Shown piece after piece: positions 18,079-27,690 of a stretch of DNA of 64,000 bases. This stretch comes from an uncultured Methanosarcinales archaeon. GTDB lineage: Archaea > Nanobdellota > Nanobdellia > Woesearchaeales > CAYPCY01. The stretch covers positions 1,885 through 65,884 of the forward strand of contig CAYPCY010000003.1 of the NCBI GenBank assembly GCA_964409385.1. Reading direction: 5' to 3'. The position numbers and the translations under genes are program-made. The first letter of the stretch is position 1. The number at the start of each line of letters is the position of its first letter. Under the pieces are notes generated by a model, which saw only the letters and a program-made list of their open reading frames with translations, searched no databases and was not told where the DNA came from.

Positions 18079-19138
18079 ACTTCTTTAAAGAAACTTTTAA
18101 TTCATTATCAAACACTATTTGTTGGTGAGGGAATGCAAATTTTATCTTTGATTTGTTTAATTCATCATAAATTGTTCTTATTAAAATATCTTTTGCCCTT
18201 CCCCTATACTCAGGATCAAGTAAGAAAAACAAATATTCAAATTCCAAACCTGAAGTTCCGAAAGTTCTAAATCTAACATAAGGCTTTGGAGATTTTGAAA
18301 TCATTGAAGGAATTTTTATCTTTTCTAAAGTTTTCTCTACTTTTTCAACCTTAGTGCCGTAAACTACTGAAAAAGGAATAGCGAATCTTGTCGGTCCTTT
18401 CAATGAAGTTTCATTAACTACTTTCGCATTGGCCATTACAGAATTAGGAATAGTAATCAAAATATTATTACGATTCTGAATCTTTGTAGTTCTTAGAGTA
18501 ACATCAACAACCTTTCCTCTTTCTCCATCAGGTGTTTGAACAAAATCTCCCAACTCATAAGTTTTATCCATGTAAATAGCAACTCCACTCAAAACATTCG
18601 CTATTGATTCCTTAGCTGCAAACGCTAAAATTACTCCCGCAATACCTGCAGAAGTTAATAATGGTGTAATATCAGTACCCCAAATTTTTAGAATTACAAA
18701 GAAAGAAATAATTGCAATAACAACTTTTATTATTTTTTCAAAAAAAGGCAGTACTTTCTTGCTTAAAAGTCTAGTTTTAGTGTCTGTCTTTCTAAAAGTG
18801 TCAAGAATTAATATTAAGAACCTTGTAGCGAAGAAAATCCAAATTACATAAATTATTGTTTTATAGAGTTTTTCCAGAATATTCATAAATTCATGAGTTA
18901 TTATTGAAATAGAACCAAATAATCCAATTATAAATACTGAATAAACAAGTGGAGATCTTAATAATCTTAAAAAGTTAGAACTTTTTTTTGAAATTTTAAT
19001 AAGGAAATCATCAAATAATAAATGCAACATAAAAGCAATAACTAATGAAATAACCAAAAAAGTCAATGCTGAAATGTTTGGAATATTAACTGGTAACACT
19101 GACTGAAAATTAATAGCTAACTCGTGAAAAAACACCAT
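18065..19138 (-). CDS. Mechanosensitive ion channel (MscS family)
   Basis: Several N-terminal TM helices followed by the MscS beta-domain GDFVQTPDGERGKVVDVTLRTTKIQNRNNILITIPNS. Confidence 0.8.
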   Translation of the reverse strand: MVFFHELAINFQSVLPVNIPNISALTFLVISLVIAFMLHLLFDDFLIKISKKSSNFLRLLRSPLVYSVFIIGLFGSISIITHEFMNILEKLYKTIIYVIWIFFATRFLILILDTFRKTDTKTRLLSKKVLPFFEKIIKVVIAIISFFVILKIWGTDITPLLTSAGIAGVILAFAAKESIANVLSGVAIYMDKTYELGDFVQTPDGERGKVVDVTLRTTKIQNRNNILITIPNSVMANAKVVNETSLKGPTRFAIPFSVVYGTKVEKVEKTLEKIKIPSMISKSPKPYVRFRTFGTSGLEFEYLFFLLDPEYRGRAKDILIRTIYDELNKSKIKFAFPHQQIVFDNELKVSLKKSSKS

Positions 19139-19247
19139 TTCATTAAAAGAATAAAAGAACTTTATAAAGAAATATTTACACTATAGAGTGAAGAATGACT
19201 TGCGCAAATTTTAAAAAGAATCAAATCTTTGATATTAATAGGTTATA

Positions 19248-19568
19248 ATGGTACTCTCACAAACAAGAATTATTTGTAAAAGTTGTGGAATAGAAAGAAA
19301 ATTCCAAGATTTAATAGCTATAGATAAAGAATTAATTTGTAAGTCTTGCTATGATAAGAAAAACACTGCTGAACCTGTAGAAACAAAACAGGAAGAAATA
19401 GAAAAAGAATACAAACAATTCAGTTGTAATGATTGTTCTTACAAATTCAAATTCAATATTAAAAGTAAGGCAAGATTAATATGTCCTAATTGTGGAAAAG
19501 AAAATGTTCAAGAAAATAAATTTACCGGTGATAAACTAATAGACGATTCTGAAGGTTATGATTGGTAG
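19248..19568 (+). CDS. Double zinc-ribbon protein
   Basis: Four CxxC pairs: CKSC..CKSC and CNDC..CPNC. Confidence 0.5.
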   Translation: MVLSQTRIICKSCGIERKFQDLIAIDKELICKSCYDKKNTAEPVETKQEEIEKEYKQFSCNDCSYKFKFNIKSKARLICPNCGKENVQENKFTGDKLIDDSEGYDW

Positions 19569-19578
19569 GAGGTGGAAT

Positions 19579-19752
19579 ATGAAAAAAATGAAAGTTATAG
19601 ATTTATTTAACATAAAATATGATGCTATGACTACAAAAATAAATTTTGAACTAGAAGATATACAAAAACAAGGTCATGAAATTCTAGATACAAAAGTTAT
19701 TGGAGAATCACTCAATAAATGTGCAGTTTTTGTTCTTTATGAGGAGAAATGA
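19579..19752 (+). CDS. Hypothetical small protein
   Basis: The ATG at 19579 is preceded by GGAGGTG; the track ORF starts at 19558. A 4-nt overlap links it to guaB. Confidence 0.35.
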   Translation: MKKMKVIDLFNIKYDAMTTKINFELEDIQKQGHEILDTKVIGESLNKCAVFVLYEEK

Positions 19753-21155
19753 GGGAAGGTTTAACCTATAATGATGTATTGTTAGTGCCGAAAAAAACTA
19801 GTTTAACATCTAGAAGTGAGGCAAATACTAAAACAAAATTTACAAAGAACATTTCATTAAACATTCCATTAGTTAGTTCTAACATGGCTACAGTTACAGA
19901 ACATAAAATGGCTATTGCATTGGCTAGAAATGGAGGGTTAGGTGTTATTCATCAATTCTCAAGCATTGAAGACCAAGTTAGAGAAGTTAAAAAAGTTAAG
20001 AAGAGTACTAGTTATGTTATTGAAAATCCCTTAACTATAAACAAGGAAGCTTCATTAAAAGAAGCACTTTCTTTAATGGAACAAGAAGGAGTCTCTAGCG
20101 TTTTAGTTCTTGATAAAGAAAAACTAGTTGGAATAATGACAAAAAGAGATTATTCCTTAGAGAAAAATTTAGATTTGAAAGTGTCAGAAGTGATGACTTC
20201 AAAACTTATTGCTTCAAAACCAGGAATTAAACTTTCTGAAGCTGCTAACATATTAAAAAAATATAAGATTGAAAAATTACCTTTAATTAATGATGAAAAA
20301 CTTGTTGGTTTAGTAACAAGACAGGACATTATGAAATTACAAAAGTGGAAAAACTCTTGCAGGGATAAGAAAGGAAGATTACTTGTTGGAGGGGCTGTTG
20401 GTATTAAAGATTGTCTTGAGAGAAGTTCAGCATTAGTAAATTCAGGAGTTGACGTTCTAGTTTTAGACATTGCACACGCACATTCAAACTTTATAATTGA
20501 AAAACTTAAAGAATTAAAATCAAATTTTAATATTGATATTATGGTAGGTAATATTGCAACCGCAAAAGCTGCAGAGGATTTGATAAGTGCAGGTGCTGAT
20601 GGTTTAAAAGTTGGGATTGGACCAAGCCCGGTGTGTACTACTCGTATAATGTCAGGAAGTGGAGTTCCACAATTAAGTGCAATTTTAGATGTTTGTTCTG
20701 TTGCAGGCAATATTCCTGTTTCTGCAGATGGTGGTGCTAAATATCCTGGAGATATTACTAAAGCAATCGCTGCAGGAGCTAGTACTGTATATTCAGGAAG
20801 TTTATTTTCAGGAACTGACGAATCTCCAGGAATGATAATTATGATAGATGGTAAACGATTCAAAAGATACATGGGAAGTGCATCTTACGATAGTAATCAT
20901 GAAAGAAAAGAGAAACTTGAAGGTAAAATATACAAGGAAAAGATAAATATTTTTGTTGAGGGAGTATCAACACTTGTAGATTATAAAGGACCTGTAGAAG
21001 AAATAATTAACGGACTTGTTAAAGGCTTAAAGAGTGGGATTAGTTATTGCGGAGCATCTAATATTAAAGAAGTTCAAGAAACTGCAGAATTTATAAAAAT
21101 AAGCCATAGTGGTTTTGAAGAGAGCAAGAGTAATGGAAAGAAGTTGTCAGAGTAA
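19749..21155 (+). CDS. guaB: Inosine-5'-monophosphate dehydrogenase
   Basis: IMPDH barrel with an inserted CBS pair, catalytic loop GIGPSPVCTTR, and GGAKYPGDITKAIAAGA. Confidence 0.9.
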   Translation: MREGLTYNDVLLVPKKTSLTSRSEANTKTKFTKNISLNIPLVSSNMATVTEHKMAIALARNGGLGVIHQFSSIEDQVREVKKVKKSTSYVIENPLTINKEASLKEALSLMEQEGVSSVLVLDKEKLVGIMTKRDYSLEKNLDLKVSEVMTSKLIASKPGIKLSEAANILKKYKIEKLPLINDEKLVGLVTRQDIMKLQKWKNSCRDKKGRLLVGGAVGIKDCLERSSALVNSGVDVLVLDIAHAHSNFIIEKLKELKSNFNIDIMVGNIATAKAAEDLISAGADGLKVGIGPSPVCTTRIMSGSGVPQLSAILDVCSVAGNIPVSADGGAKYPGDITKAIAAGASTVYSGSLFSGTDESPGMIIMIDGKRFKRYMGSASYDSNHERKEKLEGKIYKEKINIFVEGVSTLVDYKGPVEEIINGLVKGLKSGISYCGASNIKEVQETAEFIKISHSGFEESKSNGKKLSE

Positions 21156-21215
21156 AAACGAAATATATATATATATATATATGATTAGTTAAAAGTAATA
21201 ATTGTGGTGTATTAA

Positions 21216-21461
21216 ATGGCAAAAAAACACGGTCATGGTTTTGAAATGATGGGTATAGTAGCAATAGTTGCAGTAGTTGGACTTATTATAATGTTTACGA
21301 ACTCTGAAAACATGGACGAAACATCTAATAATAACCTTGGAGGTCAAGCGATAAGAAACACTCCACCAAATAATTTAGGTCATGAATTAACTGTCATAGA
21401 CTGGGGAGCGTTTGTTGATGGTCTACTTGGTAGAGAAAAGAAAAATCAAACAGAAAAATAA
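21216..21461 (+). CDS. Small membrane-anchored protein (MAKKHxHGFEM family, intact copy)
   Basis: N-terminus MAKKHGHGFEMMGIVAIVAVVGLIIMF. A paralog lies at 26740..27178. Confidence 0.5.
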   Translation: MAKKHGHGFEMMGIVAIVAVVGLIIMFTNSENMDETSNNNLGGQAIRNTPPNNLGHELTVIDWGAFVDGLLGREKKNQTEK

Positions 21462-22081
21462 TAATTAACTTTTGAACCGGGACAGTCCTCACTCAAAAAA
21501 CAGTCTTTACAATTTTTATTTCTCGCAGTACATAATGCCCTACCATGCTCTATAAGTAAGTGAGTGAAAAAAGCCCATTCTTTCTTAGGCAATAACTTCA
21601 TTAAATCCTGTTCTATCTTATTAGGATTAGACTGTTTAGTCAATCCTAGCCTGTTAGCAATCCTTTTAACGTGAGTATCCACTGCAACACCTTCAGACCT
21701 TCCAAAACCATATGCGAGAACTACATTAGCTGTTTTCCTGCCGACTCCTGGCAATGTTAACAGTTCAACCATGGTTCCAGGAACTTCAGAATTAAATTCT
21801 TTAATTATCTTATTAGCAGATGCCTTAATGTTTTTAGCTTTATTCCTGAATATTCCTATAGAACTAATATCTTTTTGTAATTCGTTAATATTAGCATTTG
21901 CAAAGTCTTCCAAAGTCTTATACTTCTCATACAATTTCTTAGTTAACTTGTTTACTTGAGCATCAGTAGTTTGGGCAGACATAATAACAGAAAATAATAA
22001 TTCATGCAAACTAGAAAACCTTAATTGAGTCATAGTATCATAATGAGAATGTAATTCTTTCAACAAGTAAGGAATTTTCAT
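21446..22081 (-). CDS. nth: Endonuclease III
   Basis: HhH-GPD motif LPGVGRKTANVVL and FeS cluster loop CTARNKNCKDCFLSEDC (Cx6Cx2Cx5C). Start taken at ATG 22081; the track ORF extends to 22147. Confidence 0.85.
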   Translation of the reverse strand: MKIPYLLKELHSHYDTMTQLRFSSLHELLFSVIMSAQTTDAQVNKLTKKLYEKYKTLEDFANANINELQKDISSIGIFRNKAKNIKASANKIIKEFNSEVPGTMVELLTLPGVGRKTANVVLAYGFGRSEGVAVDTHVKRIANRLGLTKQSNPNKIEQDLMKLLPKKEWAFFTHLLIEHGRALCTARNKNCKDCFLSEDCPGSKVNYYFSV

Positions 22082-22133
22082 AAGAATAATTAGTAAGAGA
22101 ATATTTATAAAATAATTCCTTTTCCTCAAGAAT

Positions 22134-22409
22134 ATGGTAATAATCAAGTATATTCCAGACGGTAAAAAAGTTAAGTGTGAAAAAGGAGATAAACTTATTG
22201 ATATTGCTAATAAGGAAGACTTGACAATACCCTTCGGTTGTACAGATGGATTGTGTGGAACCTGTATAGTGACAGTTAATGAAGGAACAAAAAATTTAAC
22301 TGAAAAAACAGGACAAGAAAAAGAAACACTAGAATTATTTGAAGCTACTGAAAATCAAAGACTAGCGTGTCAATGTAAAGTTCTTGGCGATGTCGAATTA
22401 GACCAATAA
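22134..22409 (+). CDS. 2Fe-2S ferredoxin
   Basis: CTDGLCGTC plus a distal LACQC cysteine pattern; 91 aa. Confidence 0.7.
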   Translation: MVIIKYIPDGKKVKCEKGDKLIDIANKEDLTIPFGCTDGLCGTCIVTVNEGTKNLTEKTGQEKETLELFEATENQRLACQCKVLGDVELDQ

Positions 22410-22440
22410 ATATTAATAAACATAATTTCTTAAACTGCAT

Positions 22441-23214
22441 ATGGATATTTATTTTATATTATGCGGTGAATCAAAAAGAAAATCTAGAAGCAAGAAACTA
22501 ATTAAACTATTAAATAATGAAAAACTAATTTTCTTAAAAGAAAATAATACTTTAGAAAAGTTCTGGAATGATAAAACAATACTAATAAGTGGATTGTCAG
22601 GCTTTAATCCAAACCTTCCAAGAAAATATTCTGTTGCTGAAGAAGTAAGAACTTTTTTAGTACATCAAGGAATTCCAAACAAAGTAATTATTAAGGAAGA
22701 AGAATCATTAGACACTCTAGGAAATATGATTTTTTCATTTCCAATAATAAATAATATTGTTAATAAATATAAAAAAATAAATCTTGTTTTAATCACAGAA
22801 GGATTCCACATGAAAAGATCAAAAGAATTATTCTTAAAAATTTTTCAAAATTTAATAAACAAAATAAACATAGAATTTGTTTCTTCAAGAACCAAAGGAA
22901 TTCCCTGGAATATATATAAAATAAGATTATTAAAAGAAATAAAATTATTATTTCAAGCTAAACTACATAATAAATATTGGAATGCCTTAATAAAAAGAAC
23001 AGCCCAATTATCAACAAATTACTCTAGGGATTTTTTAATCTACGAAATTATTAATATAGATAGCAAAATATTCAAACTAAAAAATTATGAAGATTATTCT
23101 AACTACTTATTCTCCATGCCATTCTACAACACTATATACAAGGCAAGGAAAGAAATAGACATTAGTAAGAGTTTATATGCAAAACTAATAGAAGCTCACA
23201 CAAAATTTAAATAG
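22441..23214 (+). CDS. DUF218/YdcF-like domain protein
   Basis: LDTLGNMIF and LVLITEGFHMKRS motifs typical of DUF218. Confidence 0.55.
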   Translation: MDIYFILCGESKRKSRSKKLIKLLNNEKLIFLKENNTLEKFWNDKTILISGLSGFNPNLPRKYSVAEEVRTFLVHQGIPNKVIIKEEESLDTLGNMIFSFPIINNIVNKYKKINLVLITEGFHMKRSKELFLKIFQNLINKINIEFVSSRTKGIPWNIYKIRLLKEIKLLFQAKLHNKYWNALIKRTAQLSTNYSRDFLIYEIINIDSKIFKLKNYEDYSNYLFSMPFYNTIYKARKEIDISKSLYAKLIEAHTKFK

Positions 23215-23249
23215 TTGACAAGCTTAAAAAATCAAGAGGTGAGAGGGTA

Positions 23250-25637
23250 GTGAAAAAATTCATTCTATGGTTTGACCAATTAGGAATAGAGGATGTTCCA
23301 TTAGTAGGAGGAAAAAATGCTTCTTTAGGAGAAATGTATAAGAAACTAACAAAGAAGAAAGTTAGAATTCCTAATGGCTTTGCAGTAACTGTAGAAGCAT
23401 ACCATTATTTCTTGGAAAAAGCAGGAGTTAAGAATGATATTAAAAAAATACTTTCAGATTTAGACACTACAAATATTAAGAATTTGCAAGAAAGAGGAGA
23501 AAAAGTAAGGAACCTAATTAGGAATGCAGAATTACCTGAAGAATTAATTAAAACAATATTAGAAGCTTATTCTCACTTAGAAAAACAATATGGAAAACTA
23601 GTGGATGTTGCAGTAAGAAGCTCAGCAACTGCAGAAGACCTACCAGATGCTAGCTTTGCAGGACAACAAGAAACATACTTGAACATTAAAGGCGGATCCC
23701 AACTAATAGACTCTTGCAAAAAATGTTTTGCGTCATTATTCACTAATAGAGCAATTAGTTACAGGAAAGACAAGCACTTTGACCATTTCAGTATTGGCCT
23801 TAGTATTGGAGTTCAAAAAATGGTTAGGAGCGATCTAGCAACTAGTGGAGTAATGTTCTCGATAGATACAGAATCAGGATTTAAGAATGCAGTATTACTA
23901 ACTGCCGCTTATGGCCTTGGCGAAACTGTAGTTCAAGGATCAGTAAATCCGGACGAATACTACATCTTCAAACCAACCTTAAGAGAAAATTATAAGCCAA
24001 TAATAAGCAAAAAAGTAGGATCTAAAAAAATAAAGATGATCTACGATAATGAAGGCAATAAAAATACTAAGATAGTTCCAGTACCAAAAGAACAACAACA
24101 ATTATTCGCGCTTGAGGAGGAAGAAATATTAACACTTGCAAAATGGGCAGTCATAATTGAAGATCATTATTCTAAAAAAGCAGGATATTTCAAACCAATG
24201 GATATGGAATGGGCCAAGGATGGAAAAACAGGAGAACTATTCATAGTACAAGCAAGGCCTGAAACTGTCCAGTCAAGAAAAGACAGTAACAAACTAATAA
24301 ATTATGTTTTGAAAGAAGATGGTAGAGTAATAGTGAATGGAAAGTCTGTTGGTGAAAAAATAGGTCATGGAAGATGCAGGATAATCAAGGATGTAAAAGA
24401 TATTGACAAATTCCAGGAAGGAGAAGTTCTAGTAACTGATATGACAGATCCAGACTGGGAGCCAATAATGAAAATAGCAGCAGGAATTGTAACTAATAGA
24501 GGGGGAAGGACGTGCCATGCATCGATCGTCTCTAGAGAGTTAGGAATTCCTTGCATTGTAGGAACAGAAAAAGGAACTGAAGAAATAAAGTCAGGAACTG
24601 ACATTACAGTAGACTGTTCAAAAGGAGAAATAGGAAGAGTTCTGGAAGGATTGTTAGAATATAAAATTGAAGAAACAGACCTTAAAGAAATTCCAGATAC
24701 TAAAACACATATTATGCTTAATATTGGGAATCCCGACATGGCCTTTGATCTAAGTTTCCTTCCTAATGATGGTGTTGGCCTTGCTAGGGAAGAATTCATA
24801 ATCAATGACTACATAAAAATTCATCCTCTCGCATTAATCAATTATGAAGAGCAAGAACAGGATGTTAAACAAAAAATAGATGGATTAACTTATGGTTATT
24901 CTGACAAGAGCAAATTCTTTATTGACAAGCTAGCGCAAGGCGTGGGAATGTTAGCAGCTGCATTCTATCCAAAACCAGTAATTGTCAGGCTTTCAGACTT
25001 TAAAACTAACGAATACGCAAACTTGATAGGTGGGACAAATTACGAGCCTGAAGAGGATAATCCAATGATTGGCTGGCGTGGCGCATCAAGATATTATAGT
25101 GAAGGCTACAAGGACGCATTCGGGCTAGAATGCAAGGCCATGAAAATAGTAAGAGAAAGATTCGGACTGAAAAACTTGAAATTAATGATACCATTCTGCA
25201 GAACAGTAGAAGAAGCAAAAAATGTTATTAAGACAATGAAAGAATATGGATTAAAACAAGGAGAGAACAATCTTGAAGTTTATGGAATGTGCGAAATTCC
25301 AAGTAATGTATTAATGGCAGAAGAATTCTTAGAAGTCTTTGACGGATTTAGCATTGGAAGTAATGACCTTACACAATTAACATTAGGACTGGATAGAGAT
25401 TCAGAAATTGTAAGTCACTTATTTGATGAAAGAAATGATGCTGTAAAAAGACTAGTAAAGAAAGTTATTGAAATATGTAATAAAAAACATAAGTATATAG
25501 GAATTTGTGGAGACGCACCATCGACATTCCCAGAATTTGCAGAATTCTTAGTGGATGAAAAAATACAAAGCATGTCATTAAGCCCAGATGTTATAGTCAA
25601 GACAAGATTAATAGTTGCTGAGAAAGAATCAAGATAA
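23250..25637 (+). CDS. ppsA: Phosphoenolpyruvate synthase
   Basis: 795 aa with an ATP-grasp N-domain, phosphohistidine swivel GGRTCHASIVSRELGIP and a PEP-utilising C-domain. GTG start. Confidence 0.9.
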   Translation: MKKFILWFDQLGIEDVPLVGGKNASLGEMYKKLTKKKVRIPNGFAVTVEAYHYFLEKAGVKNDIKKILSDLDTTNIKNLQERGEKVRNLIRNAELPEELIKTILEAYSHLEKQYGKLVDVAVRSSATAEDLPDASFAGQQETYLNIKGGSQLIDSCKKCFASLFTNRAISYRKDKHFDHFSIGLSIGVQKMVRSDLATSGVMFSIDTESGFKNAVLLTAAYGLGETVVQGSVNPDEYYIFKPTLRENYKPIISKKVGSKKIKMIYDNEGNKNTKIVPVPKEQQQLFALEEEEILTLAKWAVIIEDHYSKKAGYFKPMDMEWAKDGKTGELFIVQARPETVQSRKDSNKLINYVLKEDGRVIVNGKSVGEKIGHGRCRIIKDVKDIDKFQEGEVLVTDMTDPDWEPIMKIAAGIVTNRGGRTCHASIVSRELGIPCIVGTEKGTEEIKSGTDITVDCSKGEIGRVLEGLLEYKIEETDLKEIPDTKTHIMLNIGNPDMAFDLSFLPNDGVGLAREEFIINDYIKIHPLALINYEEQEQDVKQKIDGLTYGYSDKSKFFIDKLAQGVGMLAAAFYPKPVIVRLSDFKTNEYANLIGGTNYEPEEDNPMIGWRGASRYYSEGYKDAFGLECKAMKIVRERFGLKNLKLMIPFCRTVEEAKNVIKTMKEYGLKQGENNLEVYGMCEIPSNVLMAEEFLEVFDGFSIGSNDLTQLTLGLDRDSEIVSHLFDERNDAVKRLVKKVIEICNKKHKYIGICGDAPSTFPEFAEFLVDEKIQSMSLSPDVIVKTRLIVAEKESR

Positions 25638-26657
25638 TACAAAGTTACCTTGCATTACCTCAACAGTTCTAAAAACAAAAGTTCCATCTTCTTCAATACT
25701 ACCAACTTGATTCCAAGCACTAACTAATTGATCATACAAACTCGCATCTTCAGAAAGCAATACTGTCGGAAGTTTTTCAATATTATACTTTTCAATCAAG
25801 TGAGATGCGGATTCTTTACTAATAAAAGTTTCTGAATTAATACCAACATTGAACTTTTCAAGAATTTCCTTATGAGCAGTAACTTCATAACAATCCTCGC
25901 AAGAAACAGTAATGTAAGTAACATCAACCAAACCCTCAATTTTGTTTGCTGATAAGTTATAGAAGGGAGGATTAGTCTTTCTAAGAACTAACGCGTCAGG
26001 TTCATAACTTCCTATCTGATACCAAGTTTGTAGTTCATACAATAAAGCATCTTCAGAAAGAATAATTGTAGGAAGAATTTCAATATTGTACTTTTCGATT
26101 AATTCACTTGCTTCATCTACTGTTAAAGTTTCCTCTTCAGTAATTAACAATTGTTCTTTTAAGACTTGCTTGAAAGAATCTAATTCAAAACAAACCTCAC
26201 AATCAGGAACTATCTCAGTTAGTTTAACAATTCCCTTGATAATACCTTCTGGAGTCATGTAAGGAATAATAGGATCATAAACTAAAGCATTGTTACTTTC
26301 AACAAATCCTGGAATGTAAATTTCATTAATATCTCCAGTTAGTATTAAAGTCGGTAATTTAGAAATATTATAGTTTTTAACAATATTAATTGCTTCCGCA
26401 TAATTAAAAACTTGATGGGAGGTAACATTACTTAACGAATAAATATTATTGGAAACTTCTGTTAAGTCGGAACAGTATTCACAATCTGCTTGCATTTCAA
26501 CAATGTCAATATTTGGTATTTTTGTTTCTTTATCCAACGTTTCTGAAATAGTTACAAGAATTATTAGTATGAAAGAAATCCCCATTACTAAAGCAACATC
26601 CTTCTCAGCACTATAAAGAAACTTTTTAACCTTCCACCAAAGCTTCTTTTTCTTCAT
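25629..26657 (-). CDS. Membrane-anchored protein with three tandem thioredoxin-fold-like repeats
   Basis: Three repeats of about 95 aa, each with a CxxC (CEYC, CEVC, CEDC) and KYNIEKLPTVLLSED / KYNIEILPTIILSED / NYNISKLPTLILTGD. ATG at 26657 gives MKKKKLWWKVKK plus a TM segment; the track start at 26726 is TTG. Confidence 0.55.
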   Translation of the reverse strand: MKKKKLWWKVKKFLYSAEKDVALVMGISFILIILVTISETLDKETKIPNIDIVEMQADCEYCSDLTEVSNNIYSLSNVTSHQVFNYAEAINIVKNYNISKLPTLILTGDINEIYIPGFVESNNALVYDPIIPYMTPEGIIKGIVKLTEIVPDCEVCFELDSFKQVLKEQLLITEEETLTVDEASELIEKYNIEILPTIILSEDALLYELQTWYQIGSYEPDALVLRKTNPPFYNLSANKIEGLVDVTYITVSCEDCYEVTAHKEILEKFNVGINSETFISKESASHLIEKYNIEKLPTVLLSEDASLYDQLVSAWNQVGSIEEDGTFVFRTVEVMQGNFVLS

Positions 26658-26739
26658 TAAACAAATAAAAGAAAGAAAGAATATAAAAAAGTATTGAAAA
26701 ATCAAGATTTTTGAACTTTCTAACAAAAGTATTGAAAAA

Positions 26740-27178
26740 TTAACTTACTTGATAATTTGTAGTAGATGGTGAACAACAAAGTGCATAACTGATCCTGTTT
26801 GAATTTGCATCCGCAATAGAATCATATATGCATCTATATCCTTGGCCTTTTTTAAGGGTGGCCCCAGTTGTAATAAAATTAGAGGATACTATGTTTGGAT
26901 GAGAACAAAACCCATCTAATAAAAATTCATCTAATTCACATTCTGGAGTTGAACCATAATTCCTCATATCAACAATACTTGATACCCACTTACACTGTTC
27001 TGCAATATTCTCATGTACTACTGTATTACGAGAAGTTCTAAATGCCTCTCCAGCCAAATTGCCTTCAGAATCTCCTACTGAAGTAGTTCCTCCAGTATTC
27101 ATAACAAACCAAGCCGACTATTGCAATTATAGAAACCACTGCTAACATTTCAAAACCATGATCGTGCTTCTTAGCCAT
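26740..27178 (-). pseudogene. Frameshifted paralog of the MAKKHxHGFEM small membrane protein
   Basis: ATG at 27178 encodes MAKKHDHGFEMLAVVSIIAIVGLVCY and then stops at 27065. The 26740..27102 ORF continues in another frame as MNTGGTTSVGDSEGNLAGEAFR. This aligns with ..VGLIIMFTNSENMDETSNNNLGGQAIR of 21216..21461 if one T near 27103-27108 is removed. Confidence 0.5.
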
Positions 27179-27267
27179 ACTCTTTAATTCTAATTTATAA
27201 TATATAAATTTTGTTTTTTTACAAACCTTTTTATACAATCATAAATTTCAAAGATTGAGGTGTTTAA

Positions 27268-27579
27268 ATGCAAGAATTAACAAATGAAAATTTTAAAGAA
27301 GTTATAGATTCTAACACTCCAGTAGTTGTTGATTTCTGGGCAGACTGGTGTGGCCCTTGTAAGATGATGACTCCAATATTTGAGGAAACAAGCAAAGAAA
27401 TGAACAATCTAAACTTTGCAAAATTAAATACTGAAGATTATGGAGATATTGCTGCAGAACATAGTGTTATGAGCATCCCCACATTAATTGTTTTCAAAGA
27501 GAATAAAGAGATTGGAAGGTTAGTTGGTGGAATGTCTAAAGAAGACTTAAAAAGCAAGCTTACTGAAATAATTTCTTGA
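27268..27579 (+). CDS. trxA: Thioredoxin
   Basis: WADWCGPCK active site; 103 aa. Confidence 0.9.
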   Translation: MQELTNENFKEVIDSNTPVVVDFWADWCGPCKMMTPIFEETSKEMNNLNFAKLNTEDYGDIAAEHSVMSIPTLIVFKENKEIGRLVGGMSKEDLKSKLTEIIS

Positions 27580-27642
27580 ACAATATCATTCGAAATTATA
27601 TGTTACAGAATCAAAATCTTTAAATACTAATAAAAAAATAAA

Positions 27643-27688
27643 ACACTACAGGTAGTGGTATAGGGTTTGTCACTACCACGTAGGTAGT
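27643..27688 (+). promoter_or_regulatory. NrdR-box-like operator pair upstream of nrdR-nrdJ
   Basis: ACACTACAGGTAGTGG (27643-27658) contains the perfect inverted repeat CACTAC-AG-GTAGTG, matching the arms of the NrdR box consensus acaCwAtATaTwGtgt. A second, imperfect palindrome ACTACC-ACGTA-GGTAGT lies at 27672-27688, about 29 bp away. Confidence 0.5.
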
Positions 27689-27690
27689 TT

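Noticed and set aside
21163-21182. An (AT)10 microsatellite between guaB and the small membrane protein gene.
   Set aside because: This is simple low-complexity sequence in an AT-rich spacer. It may contribute TATA-like sequence but nothing more can be supported.
13195-24805. Internal or antisense ORFs 13195..13533, 13661..13915, 20150..20872, 21771..21959 and 24365..24805.
   Set aside because: Each is nested opposite a confidently identified gene (secD, guaB, nth, ppsA) and has no motif of its own.
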